A DNA stretch of 64,000 nt from an uncultured Candidatus Saccharibacteria bacterium (GCA_964586255.1 CAZPGE010000002.1:42065-106064), one strand, 5' to 3'; counted from the stretch's first letter, positions 35,098-44,806 are shown. The notes: a model not told the origin generated them from the sequence alone. Program-made: numbers and translations.

Positions 35098-36231
35098 ATG
35101 GAGCCAGAAAACAACGGACCGCAGAGCCACTTTGCTGGCATAGTGCTTGTCGTACTCGGCGTCCTGGTCGCAGCTCTCATTGGAGGATTCTTCTATATCT
35201 ACGACCGAGTTAAAAACCAGGAGAACGTGACCGACTATACCGTGACAAACACACCCTTCACCGTACTAACTCGAGATAATCAATACTTCGCACAGGCCAG
35301 CGCGGCGGCTCGCGCCGGGAATTATGAGCAGGCAATACAGCTGTACGAGCAAGCGCTCACGCTCGCAGAGGATTCCGCTCAAGCAAGCCAGATACAATTT
35401 ACAATCGCATTGCTTGAAGATCGATACGGGAGCGCGCCTCGAGCAATCGACCTTTACAAGCAGATTGTCATCAGCTCTACCAACGACAACCATCCGCTTC
35501 TGAAAGCGAATGCCATAGCGAATATGGTCGAGCTCTACTATAGAAATGGTGACTCAGCGGTGACGGAACAGATATTTAAAGACCCTCCATATTCGACCTT
35601 TTTTGTTTCCAATGATTTGAGTCTTTCATACCGACGCCTCGCAGAATATGCGGTATCTTTTTACCCGCTCGCTCTTCCTGAGCTGCGCATCGCGAGCTGG
35701 TATGCATATCGCTTGACGGATGTAAGTCGAATCGCAACAGGAGAGGCCACAAGTACCTATCCGGGCATAATCCAGAATGCAATTCTGCGTGCGGACCAAG
35801 ACATAGACCGCATGCGGGCGAACACCGACGACGCGCAGCTCATCCCGAACATCCTCACGCGCAAAAGTGCACTCTATCTCAATATGCATGACGCGGGTCT
35901 CGCGACCGCGCAGGAAACCGAAGAAGTCAACAAAGCTGCGCTCACGATTTACTCCGCGATTGGTGCGCCAGATGCTATCGACGGCTTTGCGAGATACTAC
36001 TACGCGGTGTTTCTCGCAGAACAGGGGTCCTCACGCGCGACCGATTTGCAGGCGGTTGTCTCACCGTTCTATGACAATCCTGGCTACAAAGGTTCGCTCG
36101 CCCTCGCTTTCTTTGCGAGCGAGAAAACCAACGCTCTCAGCCAGAAGTCACGTTTGGTGAAAATCGCTAATGCCGATCCCAAATTCAAGGCGCTCCTGAT
36201 ATCGCTCGGTTGGAATGAAAAAGATCTCTAG
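35098..36231 (+). CDS. TM-anchored alpha-helical/TPR-like protein, paralog B (377 aa)
   Basis: N-terminal TM HFAGIVLVVLGVLVAALIGGFFYIY. Homologous to 29944..31044. Confidence 0.55.
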   Translation: MEPENNGPQSHFAGIVLVVLGVLVAALIGGFFYIYDRVKNQENVTDYTVTNTPFTVLTRDNQYFAQASAAARAGNYEQAIQLYEQALTLAEDSAQASQIQFTIALLEDRYGSAPRAIDLYKQIVISSTNDNHPLLKANAIANMVELYYRNGDSAVTEQIFKDPPYSTFFVSNDLSLSYRRLAEYAVSFYPLALPELRIASWYAYRLTDVSRIATGEATSTYPGIIQNAILRADQDIDRMRANTDDAQLIPNILTRKSALYLNMHDAGLATAQETEEVNKAALTIYSAIGAPDAIDGFARYYYAVFLAEQGSSRATDLQAVVSPFYDNPGYKGSLALAFFASEKTNALSQKSRLVKIANADPKFKALLISLGWNEKDL

Positions 36232-36928
36232 TGTGTCTGATGCCTTTTGGCATCGTTCGGCTACATTTTACCTGTGGCTCTGTCTCGGTGTCTTGTTGGT
36301 GATAGGGCTATCGGTGATTGCACTTGAGAAACACGTCGCGTCGAAAGGGAGCGCCAAGACAGATAGTGAGTCGCTCATCGTGCGCCGCATTACAGAAGAC
36401 GACCATGTCTTGGGCGCAGTCTCAGCTCCAGTACAGGTGATCGTGTACGCGGATTTATCATGCCCGTACTGCAAAAGCTTTTTTCAATCTACGCTCCCAA
36501 AGCTCCGCGCAGCATACGGGGACAAGATTGTTGTGGCGTATAGGCATTTGCCGCTTGCGCAGCATCCCGCGAGCCGTCTTGAAGCGAACGCAGCCGAATG
36601 CGTGGCGCAAGCGGCAGGCAACGATGCATTCTGGCGATTTGTGCAAAAGGTGTATGAACACCCTAAATTTAGGGACGGACTTGCTCTGTCAGATCTCGTC
36701 TCTCTTGCGCAGGGCGATGGCATATCACGGGTACGCATGTCTGCGTGCATAGAGTCTGAAGAATATGGTGACCGAGTACGTACCGATGCGCTTGAAGCAT
36801 CGGTCGCGGGTATTTCCGTGACTCCCGGCGTCGTGCTCAAGTCATCTACACGCGCTCTGATTGTGCAGGGCGATTACCACCGTGAGATTGACGCAGGAAT
36901 TGAATACCTGCTTCAGAGCGGCATTTGA
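36215..36928 (+). CDS. Membrane-anchored DsbA-like thiol:disulfide oxidoreductase (thioredoxin fold)
   Basis: CPYC active-site motif (..VYADLSCPYCKSFF..). N-terminal TM. Confidence 0.65.
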   Translation: MKKISSVSDAFWHRSATFYLWLCLGVLLVIGLSVIALEKHVASKGSAKTDSESLIVRRITEDDHVLGAVSAPVQVIVYADLSCPYCKSFFQSTLPKLRAAYGDKIVVAYRHLPLAQHPASRLEANAAECVAQAAGNDAFWRFVQKVYEHPKFRDGLALSDLVSLAQGDGISRVRMSACIESEEYGDRVRTDALEASVAGISVTPGVVLKSSTRALIVQGDYHREIDAGIEYLLQSGI

Positions 36929-37004
36929 TTTTCGATACTTTTCTGTCCCCAAGTCGGAAGAGAGAACGAGAAATCGAGAAAACACGACCTGTATACTGTC
37001 TTGC

Positions 37005-37478
37005 ATGGAAATGCGCCCTACCTTCATTCTCTCAATCGCGGTGGCGATTGTCGCGACGGCGCTCTTGATTTATTTGACCCCCTTGAGGCACGTTACGCTT
37101 GTGCCGCCAGGTATGCATGAGATGGACCCAAAGGAGTTTTACGATGATTTCAAAGCGAATCCCGACAAATATCTTCTCGTAGACGTCCGTTCGCCGAGTA
37201 TTTTCACATCTGCGCACGCGCAGGGGGCTATCAGCATCCCAATAGAGAATCTCTACGATGAGAAGAACTCGTTGCCGAGAAGCGGAAAGAGGATAGCACT
37301 CATATGTACGACAGGGCGACTCGCAGCAATCGGGTACGGATACTTAGAGAGTCAGGGATTTACGAACCTTATACATATAGAAGGGGGGATGGTGAATTGG
37401 GTGGTCGAGGGGCTCCCGGTCGAAGGTAAGAATGTCGAGCTCGCCGCCTCTACGACCATCCCAGATGAGCATCAGTGA
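37005..37478 (+). CDS. Membrane-anchored single-domain rhodanese (sulfurtransferase)
   Basis: N-terminal TM. Rhodanese fold ...LLVDVRSPSIFTSAHAQGAISIP... with catalytic loop ICTTGRLA. Confidence 0.65.
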   Translation: MEMRPTFILSIAVAIVATALLIYLTPLRHVTLVPPGMHEMDPKEFYDDFKANPDKYLLVDVRSPSIFTSAHAQGAISIPIENLYDEKNSLPRSGKRIALICTTGRLAAIGYGYLESQGFTNLIHIEGGMVNWVVEGLPVEGKNVELAASTTIPDEHQ

Positions 37479-37485
37479 GAAAAGT

Positions 37486-38298
37486 ATGAGTCCTCACGTG
37501 AGGTTCGTGCGCTCAAGAATGGGCATCGGTGCTGTGAGTGCGTCGGTGGTCCTCGTCTCCCTCGCGCTGTTTTTCCTGCGTACTCCGATAGGGAATATAC
37601 AAGAGGACATGGCCTACGCATTATCGCCATCGGCGGAGCGCGCTTTTCAGTACGGTGCGCGACATTTCAGTTCGGATAGGCCCAAGCAGTATGACGTTGA
37701 CCGCGCAGAGTACTTTTTCAATCTTGCCGTGCTCAAAGACCCCACGATTCCATACCTCTACCACCAGCTTGCACGCATCTCTTTCTTGCGCGGCAACTTT
37801 CCGCGTGCGATGACACAGATTAACTACCAAATATCTACGCACGGGGACGCGACGCCAAACTCGTACTACATTCGCGGACTCATCGAAGGGTATATGGGAG
37901 ATTACGAGGACTCTGCGCGCGATTATGAATATTTTCTGCAGTTTGACCCGCGCAACTGGGCGGCGCTCAACGATTATGCGTGGGTGCTCTTGAAAGCAGA
38001 GCGTTTCCGAGACGCTGCCGAAATCACCGCGAGGGGACTTATCGACTTTCCCGACAATCCGTGGCTCCTCAACTCTCACGCCATCGCACTCTTCGAGTTG
38101 AAACAATACGAGGACGCACTCTTGTATGCACAGAAAGCTTCCACGGAAGTCGCAACGTTGAGCGACGCGGAGTGGCTCCATGCATACCCGGGCAATGACC
38201 CTAAGATTGGCGATGAGGGGCTCGCCACCTTCAAGAAGGCCGTCGCGGACAATATGCACACCATCGAACTCGCAATCGCTTCGAGCACGGTACAATAA
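37486..38298 (+). CDS. TM-anchored TPR-repeat protein
   Basis: TM GIGAVSASVVLVSLALFFL then TPR-like helical repeats. Start uncertain (ORF opens at 37432). Confidence 0.5.
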   Translation: MSPHVRFVRSRMGIGAVSASVVLVSLALFFLRTPIGNIQEDMAYALSPSAERAFQYGARHFSSDRPKQYDVDRAEYFFNLAVLKDPTIPYLYHQLARISFLRGNFPRAMTQINYQISTHGDATPNSYYIRGLIEGYMGDYEDSARDYEYFLQFDPRNWAALNDYAWVLLKAERFRDAAEITARGLIDFPDNPWLLNSHAIALFELKQYEDALLYAQKASTEVATLSDAEWLHAYPGNDPKIGDEGLATFKKAVADNMHTIELAIASSTVQ

Positions 38299-38300
38299 GA

Positions 38301-39335
38301 TTGTTTATGACGTATTCGTCTTTCTCTCAGATTGTTCGTCCACATATCCGCGCGCGCCTGTATCTCGTCGTGCTCCTCGCGCTCACCGCAATGCTTGTTG
38401 CGGGTCTCAGTGCTCACAATACAAGCGAGACGTTTGCATCTGCCGAAGTCGAATTCACCGACATTTCTGCACGCGGCATGCACATAGTCCCGGCGTCGTG
38501 CCCTTCGGACCAGCACTACGTGGGGGAGTGCGGCCCGGCTACATGCACGCCGCCCTACACTGGCACCTATCCCAACTGTGTCTACGTACCTCCGGGTACG
38601 GGCGGTCCTGGCGGTGGCGGTGGTGGAATCCCGGGTGTCTCTGGAAATGCGTGCGTTATCGTGCTGAGTCCATCCACGATTACCCTCGGAGGGAGTTCTG
38701 CGATGTCGTGGAATTCAAGTTATTCAGTATTCGGCATTCCGTTTGCCATGAGCGGTACCATCTCTCCCACTCCTGGCGCTGTGGCCGCGTCGGGCGCGAC
38801 GACCGTGAGCCCATCGGTGTCTACCACATACATCGGAACGTTTACCTCAACCGGCGAAGGCCGCCTTCTGGGGGACAAGGGTTCGGGTTGGTTTTCGCCC
38901 GTTACATGCAGTGCTCGCCTCACGGTAATTCCTGCGAATGAAGTGCCTGGAAGTTGCAGTGTGTACAACTTTTGTAGAGGATCGGATGTCTACCAACGGA
39001 CAGCTAGCTGCACAGACCAATTTGTCCGAAGCTGTGCATTTGGATGTGCAAACGGCGTGTGTCTTGGCGCCCCTGCGCCCACCGGATTCTTGCGCGCGCA
39101 GCCCTCGCTTGTGCGACAGGGCGACACAACGACAGTGGAGTGGGGTGCAACGCAGGTGAGCTCGTGTACCGTGACTGGTACCAACGGAGACTCATGGAGT
39201 GGTAAAAGCGGGACGCAGACATCGAGGGATATTACTTCGAGGACCACATACACACTTTCGTGCATTGGACTCGATGAATCTGTGCTTGAGATGACCGCGG
39301 TGGTCAATGTTACGCCAATATTCGATGAGCAGTAG
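38301..39335 (+). CDS. Secreted protein with Gly-rich stretch, 6-Cys module and C-terminal Ig-like domain
   Basis: C-terminal ...CTVTGTNGDSWSGKSGTQTSRDITSRTTYTLSCIGLDESVLEMTAVVNVTPIFDEQ* parallels the ...NILPVFNEQ* ends of the 7119 and 9077 proteins. Confidence 0.6.
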   Translation: MFMTYSSFSQIVRPHIRARLYLVVLLALTAMLVAGLSAHNTSETFASAEVEFTDISARGMHIVPASCPSDQHYVGECGPATCTPPYTGTYPNCVYVPPGTGGPGGGGGGIPGVSGNACVIVLSPSTITLGGSSAMSWNSSYSVFGIPFAMSGTISPTPGAVAASGATTVSPSVSTTYIGTFTSTGEGRLLGDKGSGWFSPVTCSARLTVIPANEVPGSCSVYNFCRGSDVYQRTASCTDQFVRSCAFGCANGVCLGAPAPTGFLRAQPSLVRQGDTTTVEWGATQVSSCTVTGTNGDSWSGKSGTQTSRDITSRTTYTLSCIGLDESVLEMTAVVNVTPIFDEQ

Positions 39336-39360
39336 AAGCGAACGGTGATATAATTCTCAT

Positions 39361-39855
39361 ATGAACGTCTCTCTCAAAAGTATCAAAGTAAGCTTCATCA
39401 TAGGTGCGCTTGCCCTGATGTTCTTGAGTGCCACGTTGGGCAGCGTGTTTGCCCAGACACAAGACGATGCACTCAAAAGCACCATACGCGCAGCGATACA
39501 GGCCGATCCACGTTCCCAAGGCATGACGGAGGCAGAAGTCGACGCCATGGTACAAGCACTTTCTCACCAGGCAGAGTCAGTCGGCATGACATCGGAGGAC
39601 ATCGTATGGCGGCCGACTGGAGAAGGGGCAGTAGGTGGAGATGCACCCCTCTGCGATGGGGTGCTCTGCGGACTCAACTACGCCTTCGGTCTCGACGGCT
39701 CAAACTACACGATTCCGATATGGCTCGGCGCTTGCGCGCTCATGCTCATGTTTATCATTGCGGGTATTCTCGAGTACCGACACCTCCACCACAAGAAAGC
39801 CGAAGAAGGGCAGGGGGCAATGTCGCAGGGTACAAACGACGGCGCGCAGCTCTAG
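39361..39855 (+). CDS. Hypothetical membrane protein (signal peptide + C-terminal TM)
   Basis: Hydrophobicity pattern only. Confidence 0.4.
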   Translation: MNVSLKSIKVSFIIGALALMFLSATLGSVFAQTQDDALKSTIRAAIQADPRSQGMTEAEVDAMVQALSHQAESVGMTSEDIVWRPTGEGAVGGDAPLCDGVLCGLNYAFGLDGSNYTIPIWLGACALMLMFIIAGILEYRHLHHKKAEEGQGAMSQGTNDGAQL

Positions 39856-39964
39856 AGTTGCAAAATAATACCTGAGTGTGTATAGTGCCTCGACCCATGT
39901 CCCCATAGGGACCACTGGCGAGGCACGAGGTGTGTCCCGCTAGCGCGGGATTTTTTCTTACAAT

Positions 39965-40588
39965 ATGAAATTCAGCAATAAGTTTATCTTGGGCACCAAG
40001 GGTCGCATGACCCAGGTCTTCGACGAGAAAGGCGTCGTCTCCGCAGCCACACTTATCTCTGCTGCGCCGATGACGGTGACCCAGGTAAAGACTAAGGAGA
40101 AGGATGGGTACGAAGCTGTGCAGATCGGTATGGGTACCCGTGCTCCAAAGAATATCAATGCACCTCAAAAGGGTCACCTCAAGGACCTCCCGAACGCTCG
40201 CACTATGCGCGAATTCCCGCTTACCGGTGAAGCAAAGCGCGGAGACACCATGGATATTTCGGTGTTCGTCCCAGGCGATATCGTCACCGTCTCGGCCATT
40301 TCGAAAGGTAAGGGCTTCCAGGGTGTCGTAAAGCGCCATGGCTTTGCTGGCGGGCCTCGTTCGCACGGTCAGAAGAACAAAGAGCGCGCTCCAGGCTCCA
40401 TCGGTGGAGGTGGTCGTGCGGGTGGTCGCGTGGTAAAGGGTATGCGCATGGCCGGCCGTATGGGCGGTGAGCGCATCACGGTGGAGAACCTCCGCGTCTT
40501 GCAGGTTGATGTCGAGAACAACGCGATGCTTATCTCCGGTGCCATCCCTGGTCGCCCTGGTACACTCGTCGAAATCCGAGCAAAATAA
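39965..40588 (+). CDS. rplC: 50S ribosomal protein L3
   Basis: Family-typical sequence. Position at the head of the S10-type operon. Confidence 0.95.
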   Translation: MKFSNKFILGTKGRMTQVFDEKGVVSAATLISAAPMTVTQVKTKEKDGYEAVQIGMGTRAPKNINAPQKGHLKDLPNARTMREFPLTGEAKRGDTMDISVFVPGDIVTVSAISKGKGFQGVVKRHGFAGGPRSHGQKNKERAPGSIGGGGRAGGRVVKGMRMAGRMGGERITVENLRVLQVDVENNAMLISGAIPGRPGTLVEIRAK

Positions 40589-40589
40589 T

Positions 40590-41273
40590 ATGAAAACAGA
40601 CATTTACAACATCCAGGGTAAGAAGGCAGGCTCCATCGAGCTTCCGGAGAACATCTTCGGGGTCGCGTGGAACAACTCGCTCATGTACCAGGTCGTGACT
40701 GTCATGCAGGCCAACGCCCGCACGCCAGTCGCGCACACGAAAGATCGCGGCGACGTTCGCGGCGGCGGTAAGAAGCCGTGGCAGCAGAAGGGAACAGGCC
40801 GCGCTCGTCATGGCTCCATACGCTCTCCTATATGGAAAGGTGGAGGTGTCACTCATGGTCCGCGCGCTGAGAAGGTCTACGCTCGCGAGCTTCCGAAGAA
40901 GATGCGTGCAAAGGCACTCTTCATTGCGCTCTCAAAGAAGTTCAAAGACGGTGAGCTTATTTTCGTCGATACGTTCGGACTCAATGCTCCGAAGACCTCA
41001 GATGCTAAGAAAGCACTCGCCGCACTTTCAAAGGTAGACGCGTTTAAGCGCCTCGGTGCTCGGCACAATGCGGCACTCGTCGCGGTCACCGAGAAGACAG
41101 ATGCGACAGAGAAGAGCTTCCGCAACATTGGATCGGTCGGATTCGAGACGGTCGCCAATCTCAACCCTGCGCTCGTTCTCAAATACAAGTTCATCATTAT
41201 CGAGAACCCTGAGGAGGCCATCAAGATTGTCGCGAAAAGGGCAGAAAAGAAATCTAAGAAGCTCGCTAAATAA
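40590..41273 (+). CDS. rplD: 50S ribosomal protein L4 (start MKTDIYNIQGKK; the upstream part of the ORF overlaps rplC)
   Basis: L4 sequence and synteny. Confidence 0.92.
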   Translation: MKTDIYNIQGKKAGSIELPENIFGVAWNNSLMYQVVTVMQANARTPVAHTKDRGDVRGGGKKPWQQKGTGRARHGSIRSPIWKGGGVTHGPRAEKVYARELPKKMRAKALFIALSKKFKDGELIFVDTFGLNAPKTSDAKKALAALSKVDAFKRLGARHNAALVAVTEKTDATEKSFRNIGSVGFETVANLNPALVLKYKFIIIENPEEAIKIVAKRAEKKSKKLAK

Positions 41274-41279
41274 CCTCGT

Positions 41280-41660
41280 ATGGCACTCTTCGGCAAAAAA
41301 AAGAATACAGAAAAGACTGAGAAGGTCGTTGAAGCGAAGGCTTCGGCAGCGCCTATCTCTCGCAGCACCGGCGGAGGGAGGGATCTTTCCTATGTTCTCA
41401 AGCACGCCCGGATCACGGAAAAGGCGACGATGAGCCAGGGTGCGGGCGTGTATGTATTCGACATCAACGTCGATGCGAGCAAGCGCGACATCATGCAGGC
41501 TATGAAAGCGCTCTACAATGTGATTCCGAGCAAGATTGCAGTGGTCAACGTACCGAGAAAGAACGTCCGCAATGCGCGCACGGGTCGCACTGGTGTGAAG
41601 GGAGGGGGAAAGAAAGCATACGTATACCTCAAGAAGGGCGAAACCATCAACATCGCCTAA
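41280..41660 (+). CDS. rplW: 50S ribosomal protein L23 (with N-terminal extension)
   Basis: Synteny and sequence. Confidence 0.88.
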   Translation: MALFGKKKNTEKTEKVVEAKASAAPISRSTGGGRDLSYVLKHARITEKATMSQGAGVYVFDINVDASKRDIMQAMKALYNVIPSKIAVVNVPRKNVRNARTGRTGVKGGGKKAYVYLKKGETINIA

Positions 41661-41679
41661 AGGCATAATTTATAGATAT

Positions 41680-42528
41680 ATGGCTATCAAAACCTACAAA
41701 CCAACATCAAAGTCGCAGCGTCAGCATACGTCTATCGACTACCGTAAGGCGCTCTCCGGTCACAAGCCGCTCAAGAGTCTCCTCAAGGGAAAGAAGCGCA
41801 TGGGCGGACGCAACAGCTTCGGCCGCATCACCGTGCGTCACCAGGGTGGCGGGCACAAAAAGCGCCTCCGCGATGTCGACTTCACGTTTGAGAAGAAGAA
41901 CATTCCTGCAAAGATAACCTCTATCGAGTACGACCCATTCCGCTCAGCATTCATCGGTCTTGCAGTCTATGCAGACGGTGCAAAGACCTACATCGTGCTC
42001 CCGCAGAAGGTCAAAGTCGGAGATACGTTTATCGTGAGCGAGACCGCACCGATAAAACTTGCCAATCGTTTGCCGCTCGCAAACATGCCGGTCGGTACAT
42101 TCGTATACAACATTGAGCTCAAGCCAGGCGCGGGAGGCCGTATCGCACGATCTGCCGGCAACTACGCGGAAGTCGTCGCACAGGATGCCGGATACACGCA
42201 CCTCAAGATGCCTTCAACAGAAATTCGCCGCGTCATCGGTACCTCATGGGCGTCCGTCGGGGAAGTCTCCAACGAAGAACACCGCCTCGAGAATTGGGGT
42301 AAGGCAGGCCGCACGCGCTGGAAGGGTATCCGCCCGACTGTCCGCGGTACTGCGATGAACCCTGTCGACCACCCGCACGGCGGAGGTGAAGGTAAGCAGG
42401 GTCGCGGTCACCGCAGGCAGCGCACCATGTGGGGCAAGCCATCCGGTAAGGGCCAAAAGACGCGCCGTCCAAAGAAGTACAGCAATGTCTTCATTGTCAC
42501 GCGTCGAAAAGTGGGTAAACGAAAATAA
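41680..42528 (+). CDS. rplB: 50S ribosomal protein L2
   Basis: ...HQGGGHKKRLR...GTAMNPVDHPHGGGEG... Confidence 0.96.
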   Translation: MAIKTYKPTSKSQRQHTSIDYRKALSGHKPLKSLLKGKKRMGGRNSFGRITVRHQGGGHKKRLRDVDFTFEKKNIPAKITSIEYDPFRSAFIGLAVYADGAKTYIVLPQKVKVGDTFIVSETAPIKLANRLPLANMPVGTFVYNIELKPGAGGRIARSAGNYAEVVAQDAGYTHLKMPSTEIRRVIGTSWASVGEVSNEEHRLENWGKAGRTRWKGIRPTVRGTAMNPVDHPHGGGEGKQGRGHRRQRTMWGKPSGKGQKTRRPKKYSNVFIVTRRKVGKRK

Positions 42529-42680
42529 CATAATAAAAGGCCCGGTCTGCCAGTTGGCAGACCGGGCCTTTTTGTTGTCTGTGGCGTGGTGCTATATGCA
42601 AAAAATTGACAGAAAGGGCGCGTTCGTATACATTGTGCCCACTCCCGCAGAAGCGGGTTTTCAATTGCAAAGCAAGAATT

Positions 42681-43022
42681 ATGGCACGATCACTTAAAAA
42701 GGGCCCATACGTCGACGAAAAGTTGATGAAGAAAGTTCAGTCCCGCAAGTCGGGAGCTGGCTCTATTAAGACGTGGGCACGTCGCTCGCAGATTGCCCCG
42801 GAATTCGTGGGCTACACGTTTGCGGTCCACACCGGCAAGAATTTCGATGACGTCCTCGTGACCGAAGACATGGTAGGTCACCGTCTCGGTGAATTTGCTC
42901 CTACGACCAAGTTCGTACGTCACGGAGGTAAGATGCAAAAGGAAATAGAGCAGGCCAAGGCTCAGTCTGAGATTGCAGCCGCACAGGCCGCTAAGGCTAC
43001 GACGGCAGCCGCCAAGAAATAA
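42681..43022 (+). CDS. rpsS: 30S ribosomal protein S19 (with C-terminal Ala/Lys-rich tail)
   Basis: [15 protein letters not shown]... Confidence 0.92.
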   Translation: MARSLKKGPYVDEKLMKKVQSRKSGAGSIKTWARRSQIAPEFVGYTFAVHTGKNFDDVLVTEDMVGHRLGEFAPTTKFVRHGGKMQKEIEQAKAQSEIAAAQAAKATTAAAKK

Positions 43023-43025
43023 TCT

Positions 43026-43454
43026 ATGAAAGCGTTGCTCACCAACTATCACCAGTCTCCGCAAAAAGTCCGCCTGATTGCGAATCTCATTCGCGGCAAG
43101 TCGGTGCTCGCTGCGCACTCAGCGCTCTCGTACGCTCCTCAGAAATCTTCGGAAGCCATCCGCAAACTTCTCGAATCTGCTGTCGCAAATGCGCGCGAGA
43201 AGGGAGCAGAGCCGGAGGAACTCATCGTGAAGACGATTACGGTCAACAAGGGCTCGGTCCTTCGTCGTTTTATGCCGAAGGCCCGCGGTCGCGCGGCCAA
43301 GTACGCCAAGACCATGAGCATCATCGCCCTTGAGCTTGGCGTCAACCCTGCTACCCCGAAGGCTGCGAAGAATCCGCCAGCTGGCGGAGCAAAGAAAGCG
43401 GTGAAGAAGGCTGCTAAGAAAGCCGCGAAGCCTGCGGAAGCAAAGACCGAGTAA
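43026..43454 (+). CDS. rplV: 50S ribosomal protein L22 (C-terminal Lys/Ala tail)
   Basis: Sequence and synteny. Confidence 0.92.
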   Translation: MKALLTNYHQSPQKVRLIANLIRGKSVLAAHSALSYAPQKSSEAIRKLLESAVANAREKGAEPEELIVKTITVNKGSVLRRFMPKARGRAAKYAKTMSIIALELGVNPATPKAAKNPPAGGAKKAVKKAAKKAAKPAEAKTE

Positions 43455-43462
43455 ATATATAT

Positions 43463-44155
43463 ATGACACACACCGTACATCCATACGCACATCGTCTCGG
43501 TATCATCCGTGATTGGAAGAGCCGCTGGTTTGCCAAGACACCTGCGGAATACCGCATGAACGTCATGATTGACTCTGCGATTCGTCGTTTCCTCAAGAAG
43601 CGCCTCCGCGGCATGTTCATCACATCGACTGAGATTGAGCGCAGTCAGAACACCATCCGCATCCTCCTCAAGACTTCGCGCCCTGGTCTCGTCATCGGTC
43701 GCGGTGGGGAAGGCAGCACCAAGCTCTCAAAGGAAATCGAAAAGATTGTAAGCGGGGTAAAGGGCGCACCGAAGATGGCGATTCGTCTCGATATCGAGGA
43801 AGTCCGTTCTCCTGAGAGCCAGGCGCCAGTCGTCGCGTACATGGTCGCTGAGGGTCTCGAGAAGCGCCAGACGTTCCGACGCGTACTCAAGCAGACAGTG
43901 GAGAAAGTGATGGCCAACCGCGACGTGCAGGGTGTGCGTATCGGTATCGCAGGTCGCCTCGGTGGCGCAGAAATGTCACGCACCGAAGAAATCAAGCGCG
44001 GTCGCGTGCCTCTGCAGACGCTTCGCGCCGATATCGACTTCGCTCGTGAGCAGGCGTACCTTCCGTACGGTGTGATTGGCATCAAGGTCTGGATATACCG
44101 CGGCGATGTTTTCGATAAGAAAGAGGAGAAGCGCACCTCCAGTCAAAACGCATAA
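43463..44155 (+). CDS. rpsC: 30S ribosomal protein S3
   Basis: KH domain plus S3 C-terminal domain. Confidence 0.95.
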   Translation: MTHTVHPYAHRLGIIRDWKSRWFAKTPAEYRMNVMIDSAIRRFLKKRLRGMFITSTEIERSQNTIRILLKTSRPGLVIGRGGEGSTKLSKEIEKIVSGVKGAPKMAIRLDIEEVRSPESQAPVVAYMVAEGLEKRQTFRRVLKQTVEKVMANRDVQGVRIGIAGRLGGAEMSRTEEIKRGRVPLQTLRADIDFAREQAYLPYGVIGIKVWIYRGDVFDKKEEKRTSSQNA

Positions 44156-44160
44156 TCTCT

Positions 44161-44580
44161 ATGTTGGCACCAAAGAAAACAAAATATCGAAAGTGGCAGA
44201 ACGATCGCCAGAGTGGCGCAAGGCGCACACGTCCGGAGACCCGCGGCATTACGGTCGCTTTCGGAAGCTTCGGTCTGAAGGCGATGACACAGGCTCGCAT
44301 CACGTCGAATCAGATAGAATCCGCTCGCCGCGCACTCTCTCGCGCAGCAGGTAAGAGCGCCAAGATTTGGATCCGTATCTTCCCGGATAGACCATTCACC
44401 CGTAAGCCTTCTGAAGTACGCATGGGTTCTGGTAAGGGAGATCTCGCAGGCTACGTGATGGACGTGCGTCCGGGCCGCATTCTCTTTGAAGTCGACGGCG
44501 CTCCCGAAGCTATGGCACGTGAGGCACTGCGCAAGGCGGGCACCAAGCTTCCGGTAAAGGTCCGCGTCATCGCACGATAA
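44161..44580 (+). CDS. rplP: 50S ribosomal protein L16
   Basis: Sequence and synteny. Confidence 0.95.
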   Translation: MLAPKKTKYRKWQNDRQSGARRTRPETRGITVAFGSFGLKAMTQARITSNQIESARRALSRAAGKSAKIWIRIFPDRPFTRKPSEVRMGSGKGDLAGYVMDVRPGRILFEVDGAPEAMAREALRKAGTKLPVKVRVIAR

Positions 44581-44584
44581 TTGT

Positions 44585-44788
44585 ATGGCTGACTTAAAGA
44601 AACTCGATACCACGGAACTCGTAAAGAATGTCGCAGACAAGCGCGAGGCTCTTCGCAGCATGCGCTTCAACGCAGCAGGCAGCCGCTCCCGCAACGTGCG
44701 AGAGGGCAGGATGCTTCGCAAGGAGATCGCACAGATGCTCACCGAGCTCCGCGAGCGAGAGATTGCGGTAGAGCCAAAAAAAGCGTAG
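44585..44788 (+). CDS. rpmC: 50S ribosomal protein L29
   Basis: Size and synteny. Confidence 0.85.
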   Translation: MADLKKLDTTELVKNVADKREALRSMRFNAAGSRSRNVREGRMLRKEIAQMLTELREREIAVEPKKA

Positions 44789-44806
44789 AGTGGCGCATCT
44801 AAGTAT

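Noticed and set aside
40877-43492. Numerous minus-strand ORFs across the ribosomal protein operon
   Set aside because: Antisense to highly conserved r-protein genes with Lys/Arg codon bias. They are artefacts.
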